Source: Paraspadella gotoi (Eukaryota > Animalia > Chaetognatha). From it: a stretch of 64,000 nt of DNA. The stretch's first letter is position 1. Each line of letters begins with the position of its first letter. Below the pieces are notes generated by a model, which was given only the letters and a program-made list of their open reading frames with translations, searched no databases and was not told the DNA's origin. Shown here in pieces: positions 1 through 11,600 of the stretch. The translations under genes were made by a program, and so were the position numbers. The stretch covers positions 6,172,932 through 6,236,931 of the forward strand of contig CM119263.1 of NCBI GenBank assembly GCA_051294375.1, written 5' to 3'.

Positions 1-1091
1 ATGGGGAGCTTGACCTGAAATTTTGTATGTGGGTAGGAAAGTGTGTGATTAAACTGGAAATCAAGTTTCGATGAATCGTTTGAGTGGAAATGAGTTTAAA
101 TGGAAAAAAAAAAGAACCTGTTTTACTAATTGATTGTGTGGATAAGGCGCTACGTGGGCTGAAGATGACTGTCCGTAACTTCTATAACCCCCTCTAGCAG
201 CCATGGAACGGGTCCCTGGGCTTGGAACCAGGCTTGAGGGTTTGCCATGCCCCCAAGGCGGCTTACGGCCGTCTCACGCTTCCCGCAGAGTAGGTACGGT
301 GTTGGGATTGAACCCGGTACCTAGTGGTCATGAGCTGATGGCTTTACTCAATGAGCCACCGGGTCACAACTGAAAGCGTCATGTTTCTAGGCGGGGTGAA
401 CCTAGGCAATGCCCGACTACATGCCCCCCAGATTGTAACCCACCCTGCACTGCTTCCAGTGTAGGGAGGGGAGCAATCTTCAGCTAGACCAAGGGCCTGG
501 AATCAGAAGGTTGGAATACGCTCGCAGGATGGGCTCACCAGTGTGGATAAGGCGCTACGTGGGCTGAAGATGACTGTCCGTAACTTCTATAACCCCCTCT
601 AGCAGCCATGGAACGGGTCCCTGGGCTTGGAACCAGGCTTGAGGGTTTGCCATGCCCCCAAGGCGGCTTACGGCCGTCCTCACGCTTCCCGCAGAGTAGG
701 TACCGTGTTGGGATTGAACCCGGTACCTAGTGGTCATGAGCTGATGGTTTTACTCAATGAGCCACCGGGTCACAACTGAAAGCGTCATGTTTCTAGGCGG
801 GGTGAACCTAGGCAATGCCCGACTACATATGCTTCTTTTTCTTTTTATTTAAATGTAAATTCAAGATGAATTAATTAATAAAATTATTAATCAGTTAATT
901 AATCAATTAGTCAATTAATTTATCAATTATTAATTAATCAGTCAATCAAATTAATTAATTAATTGCCTAATTAATTAAATAATTAACTTGAATAAATTAA
1001 TTATTAAATAATTAAATAATTAATAAACTTGAATTAATTATTAATTAATTAATGACCATGGGCAGATCCGACTTGAAATACAAGATGTTTT
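1..1091 (+). mobile_element. HINE/DINE-1-like (Helentron-associated) non-autonomous element, family A; 5' end outside the window; interrupted by the TRIM at 137-827
   Basis: 1-135 and 828-1060 are colinear with 6880-7240. Ends with subterminal repeat GCAGATCCGA (1063-1072), then a short stem-loop cttg-aaata-caag and a T-run. Confidence 0.65.
137..827 (-). mobile_element. Terminal-repeat retrotransposon in miniature (TRIM) with tRNA-like sequence in its LTRs (Helenus-type)
   Basis: Two near-identical ~285-bp direct repeats (137-421, 542-827) with minus-strand termini TGTAG...CCACA. The 120-bp internal region starts with a TGG-initiated PBS-like sequence (TGGTGAGCCC, 1 nt after the 5' LTR) and ends with a G-tract (TGGGGGGCA) before the 3' LTR. 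Each LTR has an A box (GGTGGCTCATTGAG) and a B box (GGGTTCAATCCC). Confidence 0.8.
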
Positions 1092-2499
1092 AATTAATCA
1101 AAATAATTAATCATTAATTAATCAATTAATAATTAATAATTAATTAATCAGTCAATTAATCAATTTATTGTTCAATAAATCAATTTATTTATCTATTAAT
1201 TAATTATTTAATCAATCAATCAAGTCACATTCAATATCTTTCTTATCTGATGTCTCCTGGTTACGAAAAAAAAATATTTGTGGTAGCCTCGAACGTGCAA
1301 CCTTCGCATCTTAAACAACAATCAGAATTCTCTCTCTACTTTTGCTTTGGCTCTTTTGCTCTCACTCTTTCTCTGTCGCTTTTTCTTTGTTTCTGCATCA
1401 ATTTCAGAACTTTTGCTCACTTACTCAGCCTTGTTTGGTCATAAACATGTCCAAATTCACCTTTCCATTTCTTTTGTTAATATTGACAATAATTATCATT
1501 TCTATAATTATAGTCTTTGATACATTAAAAAATAATTCTTTTCAATGTTAAAGGAGGAAAAAAACTTATTAATTTTTTTTAATATAAAAAATATTACAGT
1601 ATTATTATTAAAAGTAATGATTCATAAAAATTAATAGCAAATGATCACAATAACATAAGATAAGAAAAACTGTCCTCCATATCCCCCTTGAATACTTATG
1701 GAAAACATAATAGAAAAAAAAATTAAAAAAAAACTTTTTCAGACCATGCTCACGAAGAATTATAATTTTGCATAAAAAATAAATAAATCAAAAAAATAAA
1801 AACATCAGATTGTGACAAAATCGATTGGGAAAAATCTGATTTTTTTCAAAATGCAAAATTATTTCTCAAGTTCCTTATTTATAATTCTCCATGAGACAAA
1901 TGTTTTTTTCTAAAATTTAAATATTCAACTTTTTATTAATTAAAAATCATTTTAGTATACTAACTTTAAAATATTTTATAAAAATTTATACCTAAAGTTC
2001 TAAGAAGATGCTTTTCCCAAAAATGTCTCTTAGATCTTTCTTAAAACGCCAAACAAGTCACAGCCACAAAATGAATTCAAAAACTAGAAAAAAGCAATAT
2101 TGTTTTGTCATTCTGATTTAGAGATATTTGGTTGATTGTTATGCCTTAAATTTCCTTTAAATGAAAAAATAATAGGTTTTAAAAGATAGCTCTTGATCTC
2201 TAGTAATAAATTGAGTTTGAATATAACTTTTTTTAATGAACAAAGTTTAACCCAGATCAATTACAATAACAATGGTAAGATATTTTGTACCGTTTTAAGC
2301 TACTTTTAGCCTGATTTTTTACATATTTTGATTATCTTTGCGATCTTACTGATGAAAAACAGTCATGGTAAAGAGAGCCTATGTTCTGTTCGAATATAAG
2401 GCATATGTCAGTAATCAGACAGAACAAAAATTTTGGTCACAAGGTAAAGAATTTTGCATGAGAATAGCGTGAATAAAATTTTCCACGAGACTGTGCACC

Positions 2500-3174
2500 G
2501 CGACATATAGTAATATAATAATTTTAATTAAGCTAATACCCTCAGAAAAAAGCATTTTTTATAAAAATATTTTAATAAAATAATCTTTTATGAGCAAATT
2601 ATAATAACGCTATATATATAAGCATTTAAATTTTATCGGTTATGGCTAATGATGAATGACTCATCGTATCAATGAATGATTATCATCGTATCAATATTTG
2701 GTTATCATCGCATGATTAGATTTTTATTTTAAAAAATATAAGAATTTTTAGTATTATAATTTTTTTTAAATTTTTTATGCTCTATCATAATCCATAAAAA
2801 AATTTTAGATTCAAATTTTTTTTTTAATATAATAATATAATAATTATAATTAGGTTAATACTTTTAGAAAAAAGTATTTTTTATAAAAAATATTTTAATA
2901 AAATAATCTTTAATGAGCATAGATTATAATAATGCTGTATACATTAGCTTTTAAATTTCATCGGCTATGGCTAATGATGAATGGCTCATCTTATCAATGA
3001 ATGATTATTATCGTATCAATAATTGGTTATCATCGTATCAATAATAAATTTCTATTACATCAATCAATTATTATTATATTAATCAATTATTATTGTATCA
3101 TTCATTCATTTTTTTTTTTCATTCATTTTCTTTGATAGTAACGTCTGGCGAGATCACTATACTTTTAAGATTTT
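2500..3174 (+). mobile_element. HINE-like family B, 3' portion with an internal tandem duplication
   Basis: Shares the TTATCATCGTATCAAT-type minisatellite and the 3' end CGTCTGGCGAGATCACTATACTTTTAAGATTTT with 7900-8156. About 2510-2720 is duplicated at about 2830-3040. Confidence 0.5.
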
Positions 3175-3249
3175 CTCTTTTTTATTTTTCATTCAATATC
3201 ATGTTAATCTTCCTTTATCCCACTCGTAAACGTATAATACTAAATAAGG

Positions 3250-5300
3250 AATTTTTTCACTATCCATCTCAATTAATTTAATTTAATATTAAGGCGTGTA
3301 TCAATTCTTCAAAAGTTCGCTATGAAAATATATCGAATATTACGAGGCAATTATTTTTTTTTGCTTTCGAATCAGTTGAAAGCGATCGGATTTTCCGTTT
3401 TTCTCAGTTTTAAGATTCTGGTTGGAATTGAGTTTTAAGTTTCAGATGCGTGGTTTCTTTTAAAAACGAGCGTGTAATATTTTATCGATAATACGATTGT
3501 TTTTGAAAGTTTAAAGAAATTTCTGTTAATGATTAAAGAAATTGTGTTACCTATTCCATGCCAAGCGGACTTCAGTTGCTTTTTTGTTGAAGATGAATGA
3601 ATATTCCGACATCCAAATTCCGTCTTGAATTAAATTTGTCTCGCACATTTCAATGGCATTTTTGTATTTAATAGACATCCAAAGACTCGACCCGATATAT
3701 CCATATCCTACTTTTACTAAATCCATCACTTCTTTTTCAATGAAGTACCTAAAATATAAATATGAATATTAGTTTTGATAGTGGAATATCGAGTGATATT
3801 CTGTTAACTTAACTCTTTTTTTCGTAGGGAGTGGTTTGTAGTAATTGGAGGTAGTTCGTTTTTGAATGTTAGCCATCTTGCTTTGAGTTGCAAAATAAGT
3901 CTATTTGTATGATCTTCTTCTTCAATGTTAGAACCTGGGCTGTCTTGATTGTCCCAGAAATATTGAGGTTTCCCATTTTGATGATAAGCATCCAGTAGTT
4001 TTTTTATCGAGTTAATACCGGGATCCATTTTTAATATGGTTACATTAGACGTTATTTCTGACATAAATATGCAAACGATTATGAGTGAAAAAAAAAACCA
4101 GAGATAGGATAGAATTCGGAGTAAAAACTTGGAGGCTGAGTTTGGTGCCACTCGTTGATTTAGCAAGGAAAATGCTACGTGCCAAAATATATCCGCGATC
4201 TATTAAGAGATAGTTATTCTAAGCTATGATAGAAGTTTGGCTTTCGTGGTAAGTTAGTCTATACCTTCTCCATATCGTTTATGTAAGGGTCCTGGTTGAT
4301 TTTCATTATTGCTAGATACACGATAAATATTACTATATGCATTGCGAGGATGCCAAGCCAAGCCCTGGTTATTGAAAAATCTTATGTAATTAACTTTATT
4401 GACAGAGTAAATTTAACTATTTTTTTTTCGAATACGTACGTATAATGATATGGTTGAAAAATATTTAATGTTTGTGATATCACCCGAGTGTTTTTCAGAA
4501 GTAACCCTATTGATGAACTGGCCACCGTTGCGGAATATTCTACTTTTTGAAAACGTTTTTGCTTGTGGCTGAAAAGTTGAAGAGCCATCGCTGCTTTTCC
4601 TGATTTTACCTAAATCATCACATTTTTAAATGGAATGTGTTAATTCTAACTAGTATATTAAAGTAATGATTCTTTAGTCTTTTCCTACATAATTTCTTAC
4701 CTTTTCTACCATAGATTTGTTTATTGGATGGGAAGACCATGAAATTCCATCTTCAGTAAATAATGTATAATTGATTGCACAATATCTGTGAAATTCAATG
4801 AGTAAGGATATCAGAAAGCCATCAAGTTTTACATTCTCTTCATCCACCACTGTTCGATGAATCGTTTGTCGCGCTGGTCGATTTATCAATCCATCATATT
4901 GTCTATACAATATTGGAACGTTTTTGCCATTACTGCATATATCAATTATTGAAAAGTTGTTTGATGAAACTTCTTTCCATATAAGAACCTAAAAGATGCT
5001 ATTAATTCAGTTAAAACAATTATCTTTAAAAATGGGTCCTTTTTCTTACCAAAATAATTTTTTGAAAAGTATCCATGATAAAGCACTTCAGATTCATAAA
5101 ATTGGTTTTTTGTACAGACTTACGAATCAGGTTCGCTGGCAGAGTCGTCGGTTTCTTTTATTTTAGTGCCAGTCAAACAAGATTTATTGCAGTTGCAAAT
5201 GTAAATATTTTGAATAGAGGGAGTGATAAGAGACGCTTTCTGCCTAATGTCTCAGTTAAATCAATATTGATCAATGACTAGAACACCTTTGCTCTGGTTT
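3250..5300 (-). pseudogene. Divergent ionotropic receptor (IR/iGluR-related chemoreceptor), multi-exon, 3' end apparently disrupted
   Basis: Exonic ORFs give an S1-like segment (LDGFLISLLIEF; QKRFQKVEYSATVASSSIGLLLK; LNIFQPY), M2-M3 (LLRILSYLWFFFSLIIVCIFMSEITSNVT...INSIKKLL) and an S2-like segment (KYYTLVFKRNH...RILKLR). There is an in-frame TAA or frameshifts near 3435 and no intact M4. Confidence 0.6.
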
Positions 5301-5667
5301 AGAAATAATGTAAGTTTATTTAACCGTGTTTGTTTAAATATTCCCCATTGCCCAGTATGATATAGAGATTTACTTTTTGTTATCGCTCCTTAAAATATTT
5401 TAAGCTACACCGCTTCAATTGTTTTGTCCAGTCTATTGCTGATTTACGTATCCATATGAGTTTCAATTTCTAGAACTAAATCCATGTCTGGCTATGTGTC
5501 CATACGTTTTGGTTAATTCCGGAATCATAATAATAATTAGGAATACTTTGTGGATGTTTTATAACTTCGAGATATGGATTGAAATTTAGATCTTTGATAT
5601 CCTGGAGATTAAATCAGCAACAATTTGACCTTTTCCCTCTCTCAAATATTGATGTTTTGTTTTTCAG

Positions 5668-8600
5668 CTACGTTTCCGCCATGGTCCCCGTGAAATCTAT
5701 CAGGGAATACGACATTCAAGTCGAAGTCATTGTTCTTTTTTCCGAAACTTTGCAACGCGCCTTGCGTCTTGGACTTGTACATCAGGTCCGGCAACAGCAA
5801 ATTTGGACCGACTGAATTGAAGTGGTAGTAAAATTTTTTTTTTTATTCAGGAAGCCATCGATCTTTACGAACCCTCATTGATGTTCACGATACCTCGGCT
5901 CGCGATCGTCACGTAGGATGCTAAAAAGCTTTTTCAAAGTTTTCAATTTTTATTGTTTATATGACCAGCTTCTTTCGTTTTTTCTGAAGAGGGCTCATCG
6001 TTTTATCCGACGGCCCGTTAAACGTCGACAAATCGACGGCCGAGATTTCCGCCATGTTTCGACCCTTTCAAGACTTATTGCATAAAATAAGGTATGAACA
6101 CAATTGGTCACGTGATCCGGTATATATCGTCTCAATAGCTTGCGCTGGCGACGATTTTGGGTCGATGGTCCTAATAAACGTCGTTGTTATCGTCGGCGTT
6201 CCAAATTATAGAATACCTTATCATAAAAGTGTGCAATTGTATGAAGGTGAAAATTTCGATATCGCTTCTCATCATTGATGTCTTTTAAAAATATATATAT
6301 ATCCTTATTTGTTTACTTAATTAAAATTTTTGTTCGCAAGAGCTCCACTCTATTAACCCTAAACCCACCCTAACCCCGGTCGGCAAAAGTAAAATTGACT
6401 CAATTTGTAGCGGTAGTATTTCATACCCCGTTACTCGTCCGAGAATCAGCAGCACCTATGGCGCCGGAGGTAGCACGAGCTCCTCCCAACCCAAAGGACT
6501 CGGGTTCGCTCCCTGCTGATTCACACAAGTAAAAGCGGGACGGGGCGTCTAACCTACCTGAAGTGACGGACTACAGCCCTATCCGAAGTTCGGACCTTGT
6601 GTGCAACGGACGGTAAACTGCTCGCGGCATCGTCTTCCACAAATTATTGATTTATTTTTAGTCGGATCTGCTTATAAGCAGATCCCGACTCTATAATTCA
6701 CTTTGTCGGTCCGTCGGTCCGCCCCCTCAATATTGTCGGGCAACTACATATATGTCAGAATATCGAATTATGATAAATTATGCAAAAAAATTATATCCGT
6801 CTCTCTGTCTGTCCGAGTAGAAATGAGTTTAAATGGGAAAAAAAAATATATTTCACTATTTGAACGCCAATTACTCGAGTGGACGGGGTGATTGACCTAA
6901 AATTTTGTATGTGGGTAGGAAAGTGTGTGATTAAGCTTGAAATTAAGTTTAGATGGAATTGTTTGAGTGGAAATGAGTTTAAATAGAAAAAAACATAAAA
7001 CCTGTTTCACTAATTGATTATGCTTTTTTTTACTTTTATATTAAATGTAAATGCAAGATGTATTAATTAATCAAATAATTAATCAGTTAATAATCAATTA
7101 GTCAATTATTTAATCTATCAATCAAAACAAACATTTCGGATCAAATTAATTAATTATTTGTCTAATTAATTAACTTGAAATAATTAATAATTAATTAATT
7201 ATTAATTAATTATTGATTAATTAATTAACGATAATGATCGTGGGCAGATCCGATATTGTTTGCTCAAACTTGTTTATATATTAAGCGAAGTTTGTTTTAT
7301 ATAAAAATTAGTTTTTCTGTATCAATTATTATTTTTTGTTTGGAGTATAAAAGTTTGTCATGGGTCCAGACTTTTTCTATGCGATTTCAACGATCCTTAT
7401 GCTTTTAAGATTTTTTATCTCGCCAGACGGGTTAAGGCCCTTTTTGAGTGAGATGTTGGTTCGTTTCTGCTTTGTGCCATCACCCTTTTTTTATAAGTAG
7501 AAATTGTAAAAGTGTGTAACCATAGGAAGTTAAAAATTTAGATATAGCTTTTCAACATCAAGATCTTTTAAAATCACTCGTTTCTTATCGATTCAAGTAT
7601 TTTTTGTTCAATTTCTGTTTTAATATAATTTATTATAATACGTAAATTAATATTTATAATACTTATAATACTTACTGCAATATACTAATTAGTATATATT
7701 ATATTTTAATTTGCATATAGTAGTAAGTAATAATGAGGAGGAAATTCATACAAAAATATTTGAATCAATATTAAATATTTTAAAAGATTTTGATAATAAA
7801 AAGCGATATCGAAATTTTAATACAAAAAATATATACTTTTACAACTTCTAACAATTTATTTTAAAATCGAGTAGAATGTTTGGTTATTATGTTTAGTTAT
7901 CATCACATCAATATTTGGTTATCATCGCATCAATATTCAATTACTATTATATCAATCAATTATTATTATACATCAGTCAAATACTTTTACATCAATCAAT
8001 TGTTATCACATCAATCAATTACTATTACATCAATCAATTACTATAACATCAAACATTCGTTATCGCATCAATCATTCATTTTTTTTCCCGGATTTTTTCA
8101 TTAATTTTCTTTGATACGAGTAACGTATGGTGAGATCACAATTCTTTTAGGATTTTTATTTTTAAATTCGACTTTAATTTATACTACGATCCATTGACAG
8201 GGAGCTGCTCCGGGCTCTGTCCCAAGCCGAATTCGAGATTCTGGAGAAAGCCTTAACCTCGGCCGATGGAGAAACGGAAATTTCGGCGGGTTTGAAGCAA
8301 ATACAAAATTCGGAGCGGTAATCAATTCCTAATATTAGAAATCCGAGAAAGTCAGTCAGCAGTTGCGAAAAAAATTAAAATGGAGTTACTTTCATATTTA
8401 ATTTATTGATTTGGGTCTTCAGAAACAAAACGCTCTCTTTCTCTGGATTGGAAGACACGGTGAACCGCTTTGGAGACGATGAAGACGGCGGAAATCAAAA
8501 TCTCGAAGAGGTTTATTCAATTTTTTTCTCCAAATTATTGAATTCAGTTGCTAAAACTATTTTAAGCTATCTTTTTGCTTCTTTTCCCCCTTCTCTCCCT

Positions 8601-11600
8601 ATGTTTTCATATCTATCTCTCTCCCCCCCCCTCTCTCTCTCTCTCTCCCTCTCTCTCCCACTCTCTCCCTCTCCAACGCTTTTTATAAAAACGTTTTTGT
8701 TTTATTGCCAATATCCAGTTTGTTGATTCAGACTCGCCGCCGGCAAACAACGGCTTTTTCGTCAATGCCTTCATATTTCTCTGTTTACAGGCGGCTGCGG
8801 GTGAAAACTCTGGCGCAGGAACGAAGTGGGCGGCGGCGCGGGAAAGCGGCGCTGCGGTGACGCCGACTTCCTCAGAATCTCAAGCCGCTTCGCCCGCCGG
8901 CGGGATCCACGAAGCGGGCGAACCCGATCTCGCTACTTATCTTCGCCCGGAGACTCGAGCGGCGGCCGACGAGCCGGAAGAAGTTCGATTCAGCGACGCC
9001 GGCGGCGACGTCGACGACGAAGCCGACGACGAAGCCGGCGACGACGACGACGAAGCCGGCGATGACGAATTGCGATCGATTTCCTTCAGGGGACAAAAGC
9101 GTCCTCCTGATGTTAAGCCCGATGGGGACGACAGAGGCGACCATAACGACGAAACCATTTCGTCCAGCGACGAAACCGACGACGGCGTCGATAGTGAAGA
9201 AAGTGACGACAGCGACTCTGAACTTCAGGACAAGGCACAAGACTTGGCTGACAGATCCACGCGGATGAAGGTCAGCTGAGTCATTGAGATTTCAGCGGGT
9301 CTAACTGTCAGTTGAGCTCTTTCATTTTTCTAAGAATATTTTCCTATGCCTCACCTCCTCTCTTTTTGACAGAAATGCCTTTCCCCCGATTGCGAAAGCC
9401 CTTACCCTCGCCCATCGGGCCACACCCCCCTCTCCTCCCACTTTCCCAAGACGCCCTCAATCCCCCCAACACCCTCGTCGCTCCCATCTCCGTCTCCCGT
9501 GGCGGATTCCGAGTCTCCACGCGGCGAATCCCCTCGAGGCGCATCACAGCGCGGCGCTGAAGCTGCATCCACTGCCGCACCCGCCACGCCCTCCCGTCCG
9601 GCCCGCCACGCCTCTACCTCTTCCGACGACTCCTCTTCTTCCTCTTCCCATGGAAGAATAATCCCCGGGGAAATCTCCGACTCTTCTTGCTCGGACGAGC
9701 TCTCCGTCAGCCTGGTGGCGGCCCGGTTGGCGGCGCAACGAATAAATCCGAGGTTGGCCGATTGGCAGGAGATGGGGTAATTTAAATTATTATAATCTTT
9801 GCTTCTACTTATCCTGAATTTGATAATGTTGCCTATGTTGCTTGAAGCGCGTTACCACGTGAGCCAAATCCGATGATACCACCGAAAGAAACCACTGCTG
9901 TACTTTACAGAGTTGAGATAGACTTATTCAGATTTTTTTAAATGATAAATTATAGTAACAGCCAGGTTGCCTGTAATGATCATTGGAATGGGCCATCTCA
10001 TTGTTGGCTTTGGAGGCTTCCGATCCTCAGTGACACCTCCAGTCACTGGCGCGGTTACCCTAGGACTGGATGGAACACAACGCCTGGGATGGTGTGTTCC
10101 CCTCTGAGTCAATGGAATTGACTGAACGATAATGGCACAAAATAACATTTTTTTATCATTAACAACTCAAAGATGGTAAAATCGCCAAATTGTCGCCAAA
10201 TAGTATTTGTTAAAAATCGATTGCAATGTTGCAGTGTCACAGATGTATTGGTATTTTTTTGCCCACTATTAAGTCCATAAACCTGAGAGAATGATGCTCC
10301 AGCCTTTATTCAAATAATTCTCGCTGACTGACTAAGCAATTTCCAACACTGCTTTTTTGTGCCAAAAGATTATTGGCAAGATTAGCTTTTCCTATATTGA
10401 AAAACTAAAGAAAGAGGAGTGCTCATTAGGGTGGAGTGATGAAAAGATTGTGTAATTGAACATTATTTTTTTGCTGCCTATGGACATATAATTAATGAAT
10501 TTTAAATCTTTTTAAAAATTTTTTTAGCATAACAGTATAGCAAATTCAATTATTTATGTAGTAATATCTTTATAAAATCGTCAAATTTCAAAATATTTTT
10601 TGGAGTGCTCATGGCAAGACAATTTAAAAAATTGGTAATTTAAGCTCGTTAGAGTGGCAAGTGAATCACAGTATCCGCTGCATAAAAGTTTTTTACCTTA
10701 ATTTTTCATGAAAAATCAGTTGGAGAAGAAAGGATATTCCTTAGCTATCCTTAGGTTCCAATCTGTAAAATCTTTTTTTTTTCTTTTGGTGATTTAGAAC
10801 TAGAAAGGTTTGTAAGCAGAAACCCAAGTTGTTATGAGCATTCAACTTTTGTAATAGTAAAAAATTAGAGCTGCTTTTGGACAAGGTTTTTTGCTCCTTA
10901 TATTTTTTCTAGCGATGCTGAGTTTTTTGTACTGGTTTTGATTGCATTTTGAGAATGTTTTAAAGCGTTCTTAAGCAATGTTTTGAATTTTTTAAAAACG
11001 TCAATTTTTCTTTCAATTGGTGTTATAATTTTTTTTTCTTATAGTTTACGTATAATTAATTTTTCTTTCGTATCAATCGGATTTGGCTCACGGGGTATTT
11101 TTCAATTGATTTAGTCGAATCGTTTATATTATTAGGTTGAAGTTCAAAGACGAAGCAGATATGCTGCACCGACTATTCGTTGTATCTCCGGTAACTAAAT
11201 AAGCATAACTCTTGTATATTATGTATAATTATCCCAAATTGAGTAATCATTTCTCATCTACCCGAATAGGCGTGGCCGATCAGCTGCAAAGCAACTTCGC
11301 TTCGGATCTCCGCTCCATCCTCAAGACCGTCTTCCTAATCAACGCTTCCCCCGATGACGACGACGACAACGACGATGAGGAGGCGGCTGAGGGCCACTCG
11401 AACCGATCCTCCGAGTGTTCGGTGGAGGAGGCGTTGGAGGCGCTCGAAGGAATCGTGGAAGAGCGCGACCGGAACTCGGGAGAGGAGGGGGCGAACCCGG
11501 TGCTCCTCACTCTGCCCGTCGAAGAGTCGCCTTCGCGAGATACGGGTAATTTTATTTTTGGAGATGTGGCGCCGGGTCGGGGAACGGAGGTGTATCATGT

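Noticed and set aside
293-366. Functional tRNA gene (also 6450-6520)
   Set aside because: A and B boxes are present, but the acceptor and anticodon stems do not pair properly and the segments sit inside LTRs.
328-385. Possible hammerhead ribozyme (retrozyme) in the LTR: CTGATGG...GAAAGCGTC
   Set aside because: The core is CTGATGG, not CTGANGA, and no stem II closes before GAAA. The segment is better explained as the antisense of the tRNA-like region.
2655-3100. CRISPR-like regularly spaced repeats (TTATCATCGTATCAAT)
   Set aside because: No unique spacers, no cas genes and a eukaryotic context; it is a minisatellite inside a HINE-like element.
3380-3550. Stop-codon reassignment to explain the in-frame TAA in the IR gene
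   Set aside because: Other genes have no internal stops and the SLC7 gene terminates at TAA. Frameshifts co-occur, which favours decay or sequencing error.
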